From: Tubulanus polymorphus
Taxonomy: Eukaryota; Animalia; Nemertea
DNA length: 64,000 bases
NCBI RefSeq assembly: GCF_964204645.1
Contig: NC_134031.1
Span: 5,270,001 to 5,334,000, forward strand
Direction: 5' to 3'
Below are positions 39,938 to 51,147 of the stretch, in pieces; positions within the stretch are counted from its first letter, which is position 1; every line of letters begins with the position of its first letter. The notes below the pieces were generated by a model. It was not told the origin of the DNA. It saw only the letters and a list, made by a program, of their open reading frames with translations, and made no database searches. A program made the position numbers and the translations under genes.

Positions 39938-40433
39938 GTAAGTAAAAATCAATTTGGTATCTATTGCCAGGGCGAATTTGTATCTAGAATTGGAGGCTGG
40001 GGTCAAATTGAATAGAAATGAATTGAATTCGTAGAAGACACTTCGATCAAACCTTTAATTCTAGGAAGAGAGAGATGCCAGTCAAAATATCAACTCCGGC
40101 AAGAGATGCCAATCAAGATATTTGACATGCCAACCAAACTTTATTTCCTGGTTGAGGTGCCAATCCTTTCTCAGAAGTAGTAAATCGTGATTTTGAAACC
40201 AGGAAGGTAGATATTTATTAAAATGGGCCCGAATTTTGAATGTTAGAGCAAAAGAAAGTTCAGAATTAACAAGCTCTCTGGTGGAGGATTGTAAAAGATC
40301 GTAAGCTGCAGTGGATAGAAAGATAACGATGCTGAAACATCATCGAACGATACTGATACATTTTTGATGCTGACTGGACACTTTAGGATTACTTTACTGG
40401 TTGGAACATTGAGTCTTTAAGTACTTCGAAAAG

Positions 40434-41112
40434 GTACCATGCTACAATTAACATGAGAAGTACCGCGAATGGCGCTGCACTGGCTATACAGATGTATTTT
40501 CAACAAATAACGGGTCCAGAAAACTGAATAGACCCCTTCAAGTTTGCGACAGAGGCCGCTTTGCGCGATACGTATTCCATTGAAAATATGTAAGTTGATG
40601 ATGGCATTATTAGAAAATTACCACTAAGGCTAAACAAAATTGATACCTTGTTTCTCCGCTCTGCTGAGCTTAAATGTTGACCCGGCCGGCCGCCTATCTA
40701 CCCTATACATTACTTTTTTTTTTAAATCGTGATCAATTTTACCATAACAGACCCGGCCGCTATAGAAATGAGCTGTTTATAAATTTTATCATATTTTACA
40801 AAAATGACCCGGCCGCTGCGGAGAAACAAGGTATCATATTTGTTTAGCCTAAAGAAGCGTAGATCATTCGTTTTCGGGAACAGATTATTTTAGCGCGCAT
40901 CGGAGCGACGACTGATACGCATCTTTCGATCGTGATCAAATCCAACATCCAAGACGAAACGTCCACGGAAGAAATAAGCAAGGAATGTGTGCGTCACGAA
41001 GACCACCAAGCGTAGCTTTTATAACGAAGTCGTTTACCGCTGAATGTTACGATTATCAACATATTTCCAACTATACCGAATAATAGCACAAACGGCTATA
41101 CGTAAACAACGT
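40434..41112 (-). pseudogene. Degraded orphan GPCR paralogue (TM1-TM5) with deletions and a MITE insertion
   Basis: Colinear similarity to the 50176-51147 gene (gagaagtaccgcgaatggcgctgcactggctat; cattcgttttcgggaacagattattttagcgcgcatcggagcg; ccaagcgtagctttt), TM2-ECL1 deleted, no long ORF. Confidence 0.85.
40628..40849. mobile_element. PIF/Harbinger-type MITE inserted in the GPCR pseudogene
   Basis: TIRs ggctaaacaaa...tgataccttgtttctccgc / gcggagaaacaaggtatca...tttgtttagcc; TAA duplicated at 40625-40627 and 40850-40852; the empty site accactaaagaagcgt is seen in the paralogue at ~50735. Confidence 0.88.
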
Positions 41113-41353
41113 TAATACATGTGATCAAATAAAATCATTTTCATGACTTTCATTTGTCATTCCCCGATGACAATTCTCCGAAAGGTCGAGAAACATATAA
41201 GGATAGACTCCAACTAAGTTCATTGTTTACACATGTATCAAAGATATAAAAGATCGATCGTGTGTTTAATGATGATTCATATTGTAGATTGGATTCTCCT
41301 AGTTCTGGGCTCATTACATTGTAAGCAGTGGGTCTCGATCCTTCCAGTGACAA

Positions 41354-42256
41354 TCAGTTGCAACGTGTACGTCTGCGTCCACGGCCACACCATCCGATCA
41401 ACTCATCCCTGAACTTCCGTCCGGTGAAACAGTACAGCCAGAAATTGATTGCGTAATTCACGTACATTAACATGGCTGAAATAGCGTGGGCCAGAGGCGA
41501 AAACTGTTCATCACTTAGTTGCTGGCCCAGAGCAAACGGAAATGACGTAACGAAGAAAATAAAATTCGTTACGACAAGCATTAAGGTGATGCTGTTGGTG
41601 ACGGCTGATGTTTGGGTTTGTCTGCGAGATTCGGCTCGTTTTAGAAAGTAAATGATGACGGCGTTACAGGTGAGTAGTACCGCAAATGGCGCTGCACTGG
41701 CTATTACTAAGTCTATGTTCAGCCAATACTGGTTCCAGAAAACTGAATAGACCCCTACACGTCGGTGGCATAAGCCGTTTTGCGTGATACGTATTCCATA
41801 AAACATATGTGAGTTGATGGCAAATAATAGGAAAATGACCATTAGAGAAGCGTAGACCATTCGTTTTCGGGAACAGATTATCTTAGCGTGCATCGGAGCG
41901 ACGACCGATACACATCTTTCGATCGTGATCAAAACCAGCATCCAAGGCGAAGCTTGCGCGAAGAAATAACCAAGAAATTGAAACGCCACGCACAATATCG
42001 AGTTCTCGCCACGAAAATCGTATTCCCAACGATAATAGAAACCGGTCCATCGACCAACCAGATCGATGCATAAAGTTCCCGAGTCAGAAACTGATAAACA
42101 AATGAACAACCAAGCGTAGCTTTTATACCGAAGCCGTTTACCACTGAATGTTATGATTATCAACGTATTTCCAACTATACCGAATAAAAACACAAACGGC
42201 GCTCCGTAAAGTACGATCATCCTACCAATCTCATCAGCTGCAGTTAATTTGTACAT
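41354..42256 (-). CDS. Intronless rhodopsin-class (class A) orphan GPCR, FMRFamide/peptide-receptor-like expansion
   Basis: 300 aa, seven hydrophobic segments, GN in TM1, LSVSD in TM2, ITIERC in TM3, NYAINFWLY in TM7, helix 8 FRDEL. Confidence 0.9.
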   Translation of the reverse strand: MYKLTAADEIGRMIVLYGAPFVFLFGIVGNTLIIITFSGKRLRYKSYAWLFICLSVSDSGTLCIDLVGRWTGFYYRWEYDFRGENSILCVAFQFLGYFFAQASPWMLVLITIERCVSVVAPMHAKIICSRKRMVYASLMVIFLLFAINSHMFYGIRITQNGLCHRRVGVYSVFWNQYWLNIDLVIASAAPFAVLLTCNAVIIYFLKRAESRRQTQTSAVTNSITLMLVVTNFIFFVTSFPFALGQQLSDEQFSPLAHAISAMLMYVNYAINFWLYCFTGRKFRDELIGWCGRGRRRTRCN

Positions 42257-43464
42257 CCTTCTTTAAGCGGTTGATATTCGTACTTACGTGTCTGTTTAAT
42301 ACGACACGTTATTTACTTCCAAACGTCCTGCTCTTTCTGAAGTGACACTCGTCTGTCGATTTGCCGCAATTCCATTTAAACTTTCACTGAAATAATCACT
42401 TTAATGTCTTTCGATGATGATGCACATGTGATGGCTTAGTATTCCCACTCCTCCATTTGATGATTAATTTTCATTTCATTTCATTTCATTAGGGTTTTCT
42501 GACTTTCGTCGAAAACCCTCTTGAAATTCTGTTGATTATTATTATTATTGTTATATATTTTCCGCCAATTTCGTCAAATAAAATTCATCTTCATTCAGAT
42601 TCGGCAACTGACAGCTTCGAAACGAAATGTATAAATTGATACTGTAATAACGGTCTCTCTGAACCAACAGATTGTCTGAATGTACTTTCCATCCTATTTG
42701 AAACTTAAAATCACTTATTAGGTTACTGTAAATAAAGAATTGAATTGAATTGTTAGACAACAAGCACCGAGAAGGGTCATTCTTAAGAATCCGCAGACCT
42801 GCCCTGAGAGGCCACATGGCTTCTTAGGGCAGGAACCTGCCCTGAGAGGCCATTGGCGCAATTAAGCAGTATAAATGGAAAACTCGACTATAATTCTGAT
42901 GAAACGGCGAACAATCTCGCCGATGTTAGACATGCACATTGTCGAGTCGTGAAATTAAATGGATTAAAATGAAATAAATTAAACGTATTGATATATCTAC
43001 ACTTAAAACTAAAGTAATATTTCAATTTAAATTCATTCATAATAAGAAATGTATTTTTAAAAAGTTATGTAGTTAACTGACGACGAAAAGTTATGGTGAT
43101 TATATAAATTTCAAAGCATTAATTTAATTATTCAAATATCCTATAGGCCTACATAAACAATTTGTGTCGTCCACTGATATTAGTGCGTTTCAATATGCTG
43201 TATATTCTAATTCAACAGTGAATTTTTCGGGGGTTTCTACTGCTTTCGCAGAAACTCTATTGTAATTCTGCTGATCATATTTTTCTTCTCCGGGGTAAGG
43301 GTTGGTTGATCATATGTCATATTATTTTTCGTTAGGTTAATTACCTGAGCGCAGGCCAACTTTAATCAGTTGTATACTTTATCTAATGACAAGGGCATAA
43401 TTATTGTTGCCACATGCAATAAGGCATACGCAATTGAATCTAATCTGATCAGCCCTGCAGGTGC

Positions 43465-43914
43465 AATAAAGAAGTTTCCAGTTTCTAGGCGCCATTTTGT
43501 GGCGGTCCCGCGAGGTCCCCATTGTTGCGATAATTTGCGCTCATTTTTAAAACATAAGTTTAGATTGAATATCATATAGTTCTGCAGTCCCTTGCTCGAC
43601 GAAATCAATTTACACACCATTTTAAAGGAAATGAAATGCAGATATTTGCTGGCGATTCTTGGAATTTTTGAACGCAACAATTGAGAACAGTGACGATGTG
43701 AAACCAAGGACCGCATATCTAAACCGTGCGTAAAAGAAATCGCAATATTTATTAATTTTAAAATATCTAAGTATCTCTTAAAGCTATATTTCCTATTTTC
43801 ACAGAGGTTAAAGAGGGTTATTTGCAGTTTAAAATTGAGCGCAAATTATCGCAACAATAGGGACCTCGAGGGACCGCCACAAAATGGCGCCTAGAAACTG
43901 GAAACTTCTTTATT
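43465..43914. mobile_element. MITE with ~85-bp terminal inverted repeats, nested in the HINE-like element
   Basis: aataaagaagtttccagtttctaggcgccattttgtggcggtccc...gcgctcatttttaaa and its near-perfect reverse complement at ~43828-43914. Confidence 0.85.
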
Positions 43915-43935
43915 ATATACGTAGTCTACTGTCGT

Positions 43936-45072
43936 CAACCTGCCCTGAGAGGCCAGTTTCATTCTGCAGAAATCAACCTGCCCTGAGAGGCCAGTTTAAC
44001 TGCTGCAGTTTGACTTCCGATATCAACCTGCCCTGAGAGGCCAGTTCAACTGCTGCAGTTTGACTTCTGGTATCAACCTGCCCTGAGAGGCCAGTTCAAC
44101 TGCTGCAGATTGACTTTCGATGTCAACCTGCCCTGAGAGGCCACTTTCATTCTGCAGAAATCAACCTGCCCTGAGAGGCCAGTTCAACTGCTGTTGTTTG
44201 ACTTCTGATATCAGCCTGCCCTGAGAGGCCAGTTCAACTGCTGTTGTTTGAGTTCTGATATCACCTGCCCTGAGAGGCCACTTTCATTTTGCAGATATCA
44301 ACCTGCCCTGAGAGGCCAGTTTCATTCTGCAGAAATCAACCTGCCCTGAGAGGCCAGTTTAACTGCTGCAGTTTGACTTCCGATATCAACCTGCCCTGAG
44401 AGGCCAGTTCAACTGCTGCAGTTTGACTTCTGGTATCAACCTGCCCTGAGAGGCCAGTTCAACTGCTGCAGATTGACTTTCGATGTCAACCTGCCCTGAG
44501 AGGCCACTTTCATTCTGCAGAAATCAACCTGCCCTGAGAGGCCAGTTCAACTGCTGTTGTTTGACTTCTGATATCAGCCTGCCCTGAGAGGCCAGTTCAA
44601 CTGCTGTTGTTTGAGTTCTGATATCACCTGCCCTGAGAGGCCACTTTCATTTTGCAGATATCAACCTGCCCTGAGAGGCCACTTTCATTCTGCAGAAATC
44701 AACCTGCCCTGAGAGGCCAGTTTCATTCTGCAGATATCACCTGCCCTGAGAGGCAAGTTTAACTGCTGCAGTTTGAGTTCTGCAGATCACCTGCCCTGAG
44801 AGGCCAGTTTAACTGCTGCTGTTTGAGTTCTGATATCACCTGCCCTGAGAGGCCAGTTTCATTCTGCAGATATCACCTGCCCTGAGAGGCAAGTTTAACT
44901 GCTGCAGTTTGAGTTCTGCAGATCACCTGCCCGGAGAGGCCAGTTCAACTGCTGCAGTTTGACTTCAGATATCAACCTGCCCTGAGAGGCCACTATCATT
45001 CTGCAGAAATCAACCTGCCCCGAGAGCTGCTGCAGTTTGACTTCCAATATCAACCTACCCTGAGAGGCCAGT
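43936..45072 (+). repeat. Minisatellite, about 26 units of 37-51 bp with a 363-bp higher-order repeat
   Basis: Near-invariant core caacctgccctgagaggcca followed by either of two related linker types; an 8-unit block at 43936 is repeated at 44299. Confidence 0.95.
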
Positions 45073-46339
45073 TTCGTTTCGATAATACAGAGTTTTCCTA
45101 CATTTGCAATCTAGGCTAGGCCTCACGCATGTTACCAAAATGAGTTTAGAAAATGTGTCGAATGTTTTATATTGACGTAATGAGCAATTGCGGCATGCTC
45201 TCATCTCTTCGTCACCTCCCATTAATGTGTGAGCAAGCCGATAGCCAGTTTAATTACGATGCGATAAGGACTTTGTTATTTAACACAATTGCATTCATAT
45301 TTATTGATGCAAACAATGTATAGAAATACGTATGCAATATGTAACACAAGAAAGTGAAGTGCAAAGAAATTAGAAGAAACATAGCACGTTAATCGTAAAT
45401 TATAGATTACAAATAAAAATAGCGCCGCTTGGAATCATATAATTTAATCTTTACAAAAACTTGTATCATCGTTATCATTAATTACCTAACATAGCAGCAA
45501 AATTCTAATCCTGAGAATAATTTTCCTTCTTCATTAAGTTATAGATGAATTTTTTTATGATGTTTTGATAAGCAATGTTCCCACAGAGAAAAGTTTTTTT
45601 CATTTCTTTATTTCTATGAAAAATATTCAAATTTTTTAATTTGTTTCTGAAAAAAACCAATTCTAATTCTATTTTCTTATATATTTCAACATATTTTGAT
45701 TTTAGGTAACTTTTGTTTCCCTATCGTCTTGACTTTTTAGCTGTTTTAGCTTAATATGATAAAAAGCATTTGTATTTCTCAATTTATTTTTATAGAATAC
45801 AGCGTAGTCTTCTATTGTATGATCGAAAACTTTAGTTTGAATCTGAATATCCCGATCACCTTGCCACCATTTCAGCTCACTCTGTTGAATGGGTTTTAAT
45901 TTTCTATTGATTCAAACGACTGGCCTCTCAGGGCAGGTTCTGGAAAATCTGCAGAATGACTCATATGCAAGCACCGGCGAAATAACAGTTTGTGTCATTT
46001 AGTAAGTAAATAAAGGAGGGCTCCGAGAATTTCCAAATCACGGGGGACTATACTGGGGTTAGACCATTCAACCAAAAAGATGATTGCTCCGATAATATCC
46101 AAATCATCTCATTTTATTTTTCCATCGAACACCCGGTAATTAATTTTTCCTTTCGATCACATGCATCCAGAAAACCCGTTATCGCTGCTTTGCAGCTATA
46201 TATTTTATTGTAACCTTGTACAAAGTACAGTACACAAATATCGTTCATGTAATACATAATAATACGTTATATATATACCCAGTAGTTCATAAAACCACAC
46301 TCTTCTAGGATGCATTTTATATAATTTAACCACTTGGTT

Positions 46340-46530
46340 GTTTTTCCATCTTATCGTCACTGTTTGCGTTTTTCAGGATTTGGGACTTGGCGTATCTCAG
46401 TGTGCGGTCAGCGTAGCCTCGCTGTCGCAGGGAGGTGAACAGTGTCTTGGTGGCCGCGTGGAAGTCAGCGTCGTTATTACAGATTCTCCTGTATCGGAGA
46501 AGCATTTTATACATTTGACCCGATATGTCG
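46340..46530 (-). mobile_element. Penelope-like retroelement fragment (region C-terminal to the RT core)
   Basis: LLRYRRICNNDADFHAATKTLFTSLRQRGY matches the R..RICS...F......L...F..RGY motif of Penelope-like elements. Confidence 0.65.
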
Positions 46531-46539
46531 ATACATCAT

Positions 46540-47740
46540 TCCATAGAAGCTTTGCCAAGAACTTAATCATTTTAATCTTGATGAATCGCAAGCTGGGTTC
46601 TACCTAATTCACCATAGACCATATAATTTGGGGTAGACCGGTTTAGATGTAGTAAATATTTACAAAAACGCAGGTGGTATTTCTCTAAAATAGCAGTTGA
46701 TTCGTAACCCCATATTTCACATGCATGATTGGTTCGACCATAGCATCAAAAAGTTCTAAACCTATGTTTGTATCAAAAGAGTACTGTTGGACCTTTTTCT
46801 AAAACAAAAAATAGAGCTTTATTTGCACTTTCCCCAATTTTCTTTCGACATTTTGCAAATGTACCAGTGTAATTAAATAATATTCCTAAGTAGACAAATT
46901 CGTCAACAACTTCTACTTCTTGTTGGTGTATAAAAAAATTGGTTTTAATCTTGATTTTCTTTTTTGGAATATTAGTATTTTAGTCTTTGCTGGGTTGATT
47001 TTCAATTTCCAAATTCAAGGTCACAATATTCAGACAAAGAATCAAGTGCTAATTGTAGGCCTTCCATCGAGTCAGATATAAAATAAGGGTATCGTCTGCA
47101 TACAAAAGCAAGAAGTCTCAACCAGAAATTTACCTCATCATTATTATCAATACATACACTTTGACAGCCTTTACCCAATAGAAAGTTTTCAAGGTCGTTT
47201 ACATATAGACTAAAAAGAAGTGGGATAGATTATCTCCCTGCTTGAGACCAATATGACTATGGAAAAAACTCGGAATTCCTTCCGTTAGTCGAAACACAAC
47301 ATTTGACGGACTTATACATATTTACTACGATATTGTAAAATTTACCTGTGATTCCGTGGCTATCTAATTTTTTCCATAGTGTTTTTCTCCAGATTTTATC
47401 AAACGCTTTTTCATAGTCAATAAATGCACAGTATAATTTGCGATTTTTACCCAAAAACAAGTCAACAACTGATTTCAGTGTAAATATATGGTCAGTAACC
47501 CCATGTTTCTTACGGAAGCCGGCTTGTATAAGATTTAACAACTGGTTGCACTCTAGAAATTCAGATAATCGACTGTTGACCAGACCAGTAAATAGTTTGC
47601 CTAGACAGCTCGTTAGTGAAATGCCCCAGTAGTTATCTGGGCAATTAGGATCCCCTTTGTTTTTAAAAAGTGGAATTATTGTTGATAGTCCCCAGTCGTG
47701 TGGGTAAATTCCTGAGTCCAAGATTCCTGAGTTCAAGGGA
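46540..47740 (-). mobile_element. Degenerate non-LTR retrotransposon ORF2 reverse transcriptase (L2/CR1 group)
   Basis: IIPLFKNKGD...NYWGISLTSCLGKLF, QAGFRK, FIDYEKAFD, LLYADD (~47090-47110) and STPNYMVYGELGR (~46600-46645); contains stops and frameshifts. Confidence 0.92.
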
Positions 47741-48789
47741 TTTTTGGTAGACTTATGATCGTTAATGAAGCGATAGAAATATAAATCATTATTCCCTCAT
47801 TGAGGTAGCCCACTGTGTGTGGTCATTCAATAGGTCATTACAATATTTGAAGCCCACTGTGTGTGGTCTAGATGCGGTGTGCCTTCGTGTGTCCTGTTGC
47901 CTGCTGTGTGCGGGCTCGAGGGGTGTGTGCCCTAGGGTCCAATTTTTATGAACCAGAGGCCATGTGCCTATCAGGTTTCCTGTTGTGTATGTGCTCAAGA
48001 TGTTCAGTTGTCAGTTGATGTACCAAATTTCTCCGACCAAATTTCTCCTTGCTTCCCAATACACAAAAGCATTACATAGATAACAGCAGGACCACTGGTA
48101 GAACATGGGTTCGAGGGACCAAATGTCTGACTGGTAAACCATATAAGAACTACGAAAAACGTGTTTCAGTAAGTAATATAGTACGAGTGGACACTCAGAT
48201 TTATTCTGTACACAATGTATAGTTCATTAGTGACAGGTACTGATATTCGCTCATTATTTGTGCTATAGGAACATAATACATGTGTTGAATGCCATGGATT
48301 ACACTGATGATGATAATACTCTTGACATCAGTCGCGACAAGGACCATTTATATAAAGTGTATTATTATACAGAGCAACTCCGAAACACACATCCGAAAAT
48401 TATTGTCAGCATGTATTGGTCCCAGAAAAAAAGAATCCTAAGGCTCCTAAGGTATGAAATGAAATTTACATTTACAAATCATTCCTCATTCCCTCGACGT
48501 TAGAAACAAACAAAGTTATCCCCAATCAGTCGCTTGTCAGGCTGGTTGGAAGATTGTTTCAATGAACCGGAACGAAAATCTCAAATTGTTGCCTTCGATT
48601 TGAACAAAAAATTCTATAGATTCGACCGCCGATCACCGCGCAACTGTACTTCGATTTCCGATTTCAAAATCAAACCCCCTGTTTCGCCCCCGGTAGATAT
48701 CATATTTGTTTTTAACTTCGTATGCAAATATATCCGACTTTGGTGTAGTGTGTACGAATAAGACATTAACCACGTGTGTTAAGGTGTTT

Positions 48790-49776
48790 TTAGAATCGAG
48801 CAGAGGATTCTCCTAGCTCTAGACTTGTAGTATTGTAAGCGGTGGGCCCCCGAACTTTTCGGTTACAACAGCCGCATAAAACGACCAACTCCTCTCTGAA
48901 CTTCCGTCCGGTAAAACAGTACAGCCAGAAATTGATGGCATAATTCACGTACATCAACATGGCTAAGATAGCGAGGACCAGGGTCGAAATCTGATTAACA
49001 TCTAGTTGTAGGCCCACACTGAACGGAAATGACGTCACGAAAAAAGTGAAATTCGTCGTCACAAGCATTAAGGTGATACTGTTGGTGACCGGTTTTTTCG
49101 AAGTGTTGGTGATGGCTGATGTCTGGGTTTTTCGGCGAGACTCGGCTCGTTTTAGAAAGTAAATGATGACGGCGTTGGAGATGAGAAGTAGCGCGAATGG
49201 CGCTGCACTGGCTATTATTAAGTCTATGTGCAACCAATAGTGGTTCCAGAAATCAGAATAGACCCCCTCACGTTCGTGGCAGAGGCCGCCATGCGTGGCA
49301 GGTGTTCCAATCCGTATTCCATAAAACATATGTGAGTTGATGGCAAGTACAAGAACAATTACCACTACAGAAGCGAAGACCATTCGTTTTCGGGAACAAA
49401 TTATCTTAGCGCGCATCTGAGCGACGACCGATACGCATCTTTCGATCGTGATCAAAACCAACATCCAAGGCGAAGCGTGCACGAAAAAATGAGTAAGATC
49501 TACGTGCGCCACGCACACTAACGAGTTCTCGTCGCGAAAATCGTATTCCAAACGATAATAGAAGATCCATCGCCTCACCAGACTGGTAGCCAAAAATCCT
49601 GAGTCTGAAACTGATAAACAAATGAACAACCAAGCGTAGCTTTTAATACGAAGCCGTTTACCGCTGAATGTTATGATTATCAACGTATTTCCAACTAGAC
49701 CGAATAATAGCACAAACGGCGCCCCATAAACTACGATCTTCCTACCAATCTCATCAGCTGCAGTTAATTCGGCCAT
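48790..49776 (-). CDS. Intronless class A orphan GPCR, paralogue 2
   Basis: 328 aa, 7TM, GN/LSVSD/ERC/NYAINFWLY/FREEL motifs; close paralogue of 41354-42256, including the 5' flank. Confidence 0.92.
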   Translation of the reverse strand: MAELTAADEIGRKIVVYGAPFVLLFGLVGNTLIIITFSGKRLRIKSYAWLFICLSVSDSGFLATSLVRRWIFYYRLEYDFRDENSLVCVAHVDLTHFFVHASPWMLVLITIERCVSVVAQMRAKIICSRKRMVFASVVVIVLVLAINSHMFYGIRIGTPATHGGLCHEREGVYSDFWNHYWLHIDLIIASAAPFALLLISNAVIIYFLKRAESRRKTQTSAITNTSKKPVTNSITLMLVTTNFTFFVTSFPFSVGLQLDVNQISTLVLAILAMLMYVNYAINFWLYCFTGRKFREELVVLCGCCNRKVRGPTAYNTTSLELGESSARF

Positions 49777-50175
49777 TTTCCTTCAAGCGGTTGGTATTCG
49801 TAGACGTTCAATGGATCGAATACGACACTTTATTTACTTTTGAAGGTCCTGCTTGTTCTGCAGTCATATATCCGTCTGTCGATTTGCTGCAATCCCGTAA
49901 AAACCACTGAAATAATGTTACCTAATTATTGCCTTTCGATGACAATTATTACCAGTTTACCATTTGACACTGAATTTTATCGGTTTTTTGTTATGATTTA
50001 TGATCATTATCAAATGCAACATGAATAAATGATTGATCTTAAAATTGTTTTCACCGAATATATTTGTTCAAGCGCCGGTATATACATGCGATGAGATAAA
50101 ATTAATTCCAAAAATCACTTTCATTCTCCGAGACCAATCTCCAAAGCACCCAGAATTAAGACGTAGTGATGTCTT

Positions 50176-51147
50176 TTAAAATCGCACTGAGGATTCTCCT
50201 TGTTCCAGGCGTCTTGTAGTATTGTCAGCGGTTGGCACCCGACCTTTTCGACGGCAAAAGCCGCATAAAACGATCAACTCTTCTCTGAACTTCCGTCCGG
50301 TAAAACAGTACAGCCAGAAATTTATGGCATAGTTTACGTAAAGTAACATGGCGAAAATAGCGTGGACCAGAATAGGAACATACTCGTCATCTAGTTGTAG
50401 GCACACGTTGAACGGAAATGACGTCACGAGAAAAATGAAATTTGTTGCGACGAGCATTAAGGTGATGCTGTTGGTGACCGGTTTTTTCGAGGTGTTGGTG
50501 ACGGCTGATGTCTGGGTTTTTCGGCGAGACTCGGCTCGTTTTAGAAAGTAAATAATGACGGCGTTGGAGATGAGAAGTACCGCGAATGGCGCTGCACTGG
50601 CTATTACTAGATCTATGTTCAACCAATACCGGAACCAGAAAACTGCATAGACTCCTTCACGTTCGTGGCAGTAGCCGCTTTGAATGCGTTTCCCATAAAA
50701 CATATGTGAGTTGATGGCAAATACTAGAAACATAACCACTAAAGAAGCGTAGACCATTCGTTTTCGGGAACAGATTATTTTAGCGCGCATCGGAGCGACT
50801 ACCGATACGCATCTTTCGATCGTGATCAAAACCAACATCCAAGGCGAAGCGTGCACGAAGTAATGAGTAAGGAATGTGTGCGCCACGCACACTATCGAGT
50901 TCTCGTCGCGAAAATCGTATCGCAAATGGTAATAGAAGATGGTCCATCGCCTCACCAGACCGGTAGCCAGAAATCCCGAGTCAGAAACTGATAAACAAAT
51001 GAACAACCAAGCGTAGCTTTTGTAACGAAGTCGTTTACTGCTGAATGTTACGATTATCAACGTATTTCCAACTATACCGAATAATAACACAAACGGCGCT
51101 CCATAAATTACAATCATCACCCCAATTTCATCGGTTGAGATTATCAT
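50176..51147 (-). CDS. Intronless class A orphan GPCR, paralogue 3
   Basis: 323 aa, same motifs, tandem neighbour of paralogue 2. Confidence 0.92.
   Translation of the reverse strand: MIISTDEIGVMIVIYGAPFVLLFGIVGNTLIIVTFSSKRLRYKSYAWLFICLSVSDSGFLATGLVRRWTIFYYHLRYDFRDENSIVCVAHTFLTHYFVHASPWMLVLITIERCVSVVAPMRAKIICSRKRMVYASLVVMFLVFAINSHMFYGKRIQSGYCHEREGVYAVFWFRYWLNIDLVIASAAPFAVLLISNAVIIYFLKRAESRRKTQTSAVTNTSKKPVTNSITLMLVATNFIFLVTSFPFNVCLQLDDEYVPILVHAIFAMLLYVNYAINFWLYCFTGRKFREELIVLCGFCRRKGRVPTADNTTRRLEQGESSVRF

Larger units (their letters stand above)
42491..46207 (+). mobile_element. Composite non-autonomous Helentron/HINE-like element carrying a minisatellite
   Basis: 5' agggttttct...gaaaaccct hairpin followed by an (ATT)n microsatellite; 3' sub-terminal inverted repeat agaaaaccc (46169-46177), palindrome gctgc-ttt-gcagc (46184-46196) and a T-rich end. 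A second similar 5' end lies at ~43228. Confidence 0.6.

Noticed and set aside
41354-41356. Selenocysteine recoding of the in-frame TGA
   Set aside because: Paralogues have no aligned catalytic Cys at this position and I could not identify a SECIS element.
43936-45072. CRISPR-like array (constant 20-bp repeat with intervening sequences)
   Set aside because: The spacers are only two related, repeated sequence types with higher-order duplication; there are no cas genes and the context is eukaryotic. It is a minisatellite.
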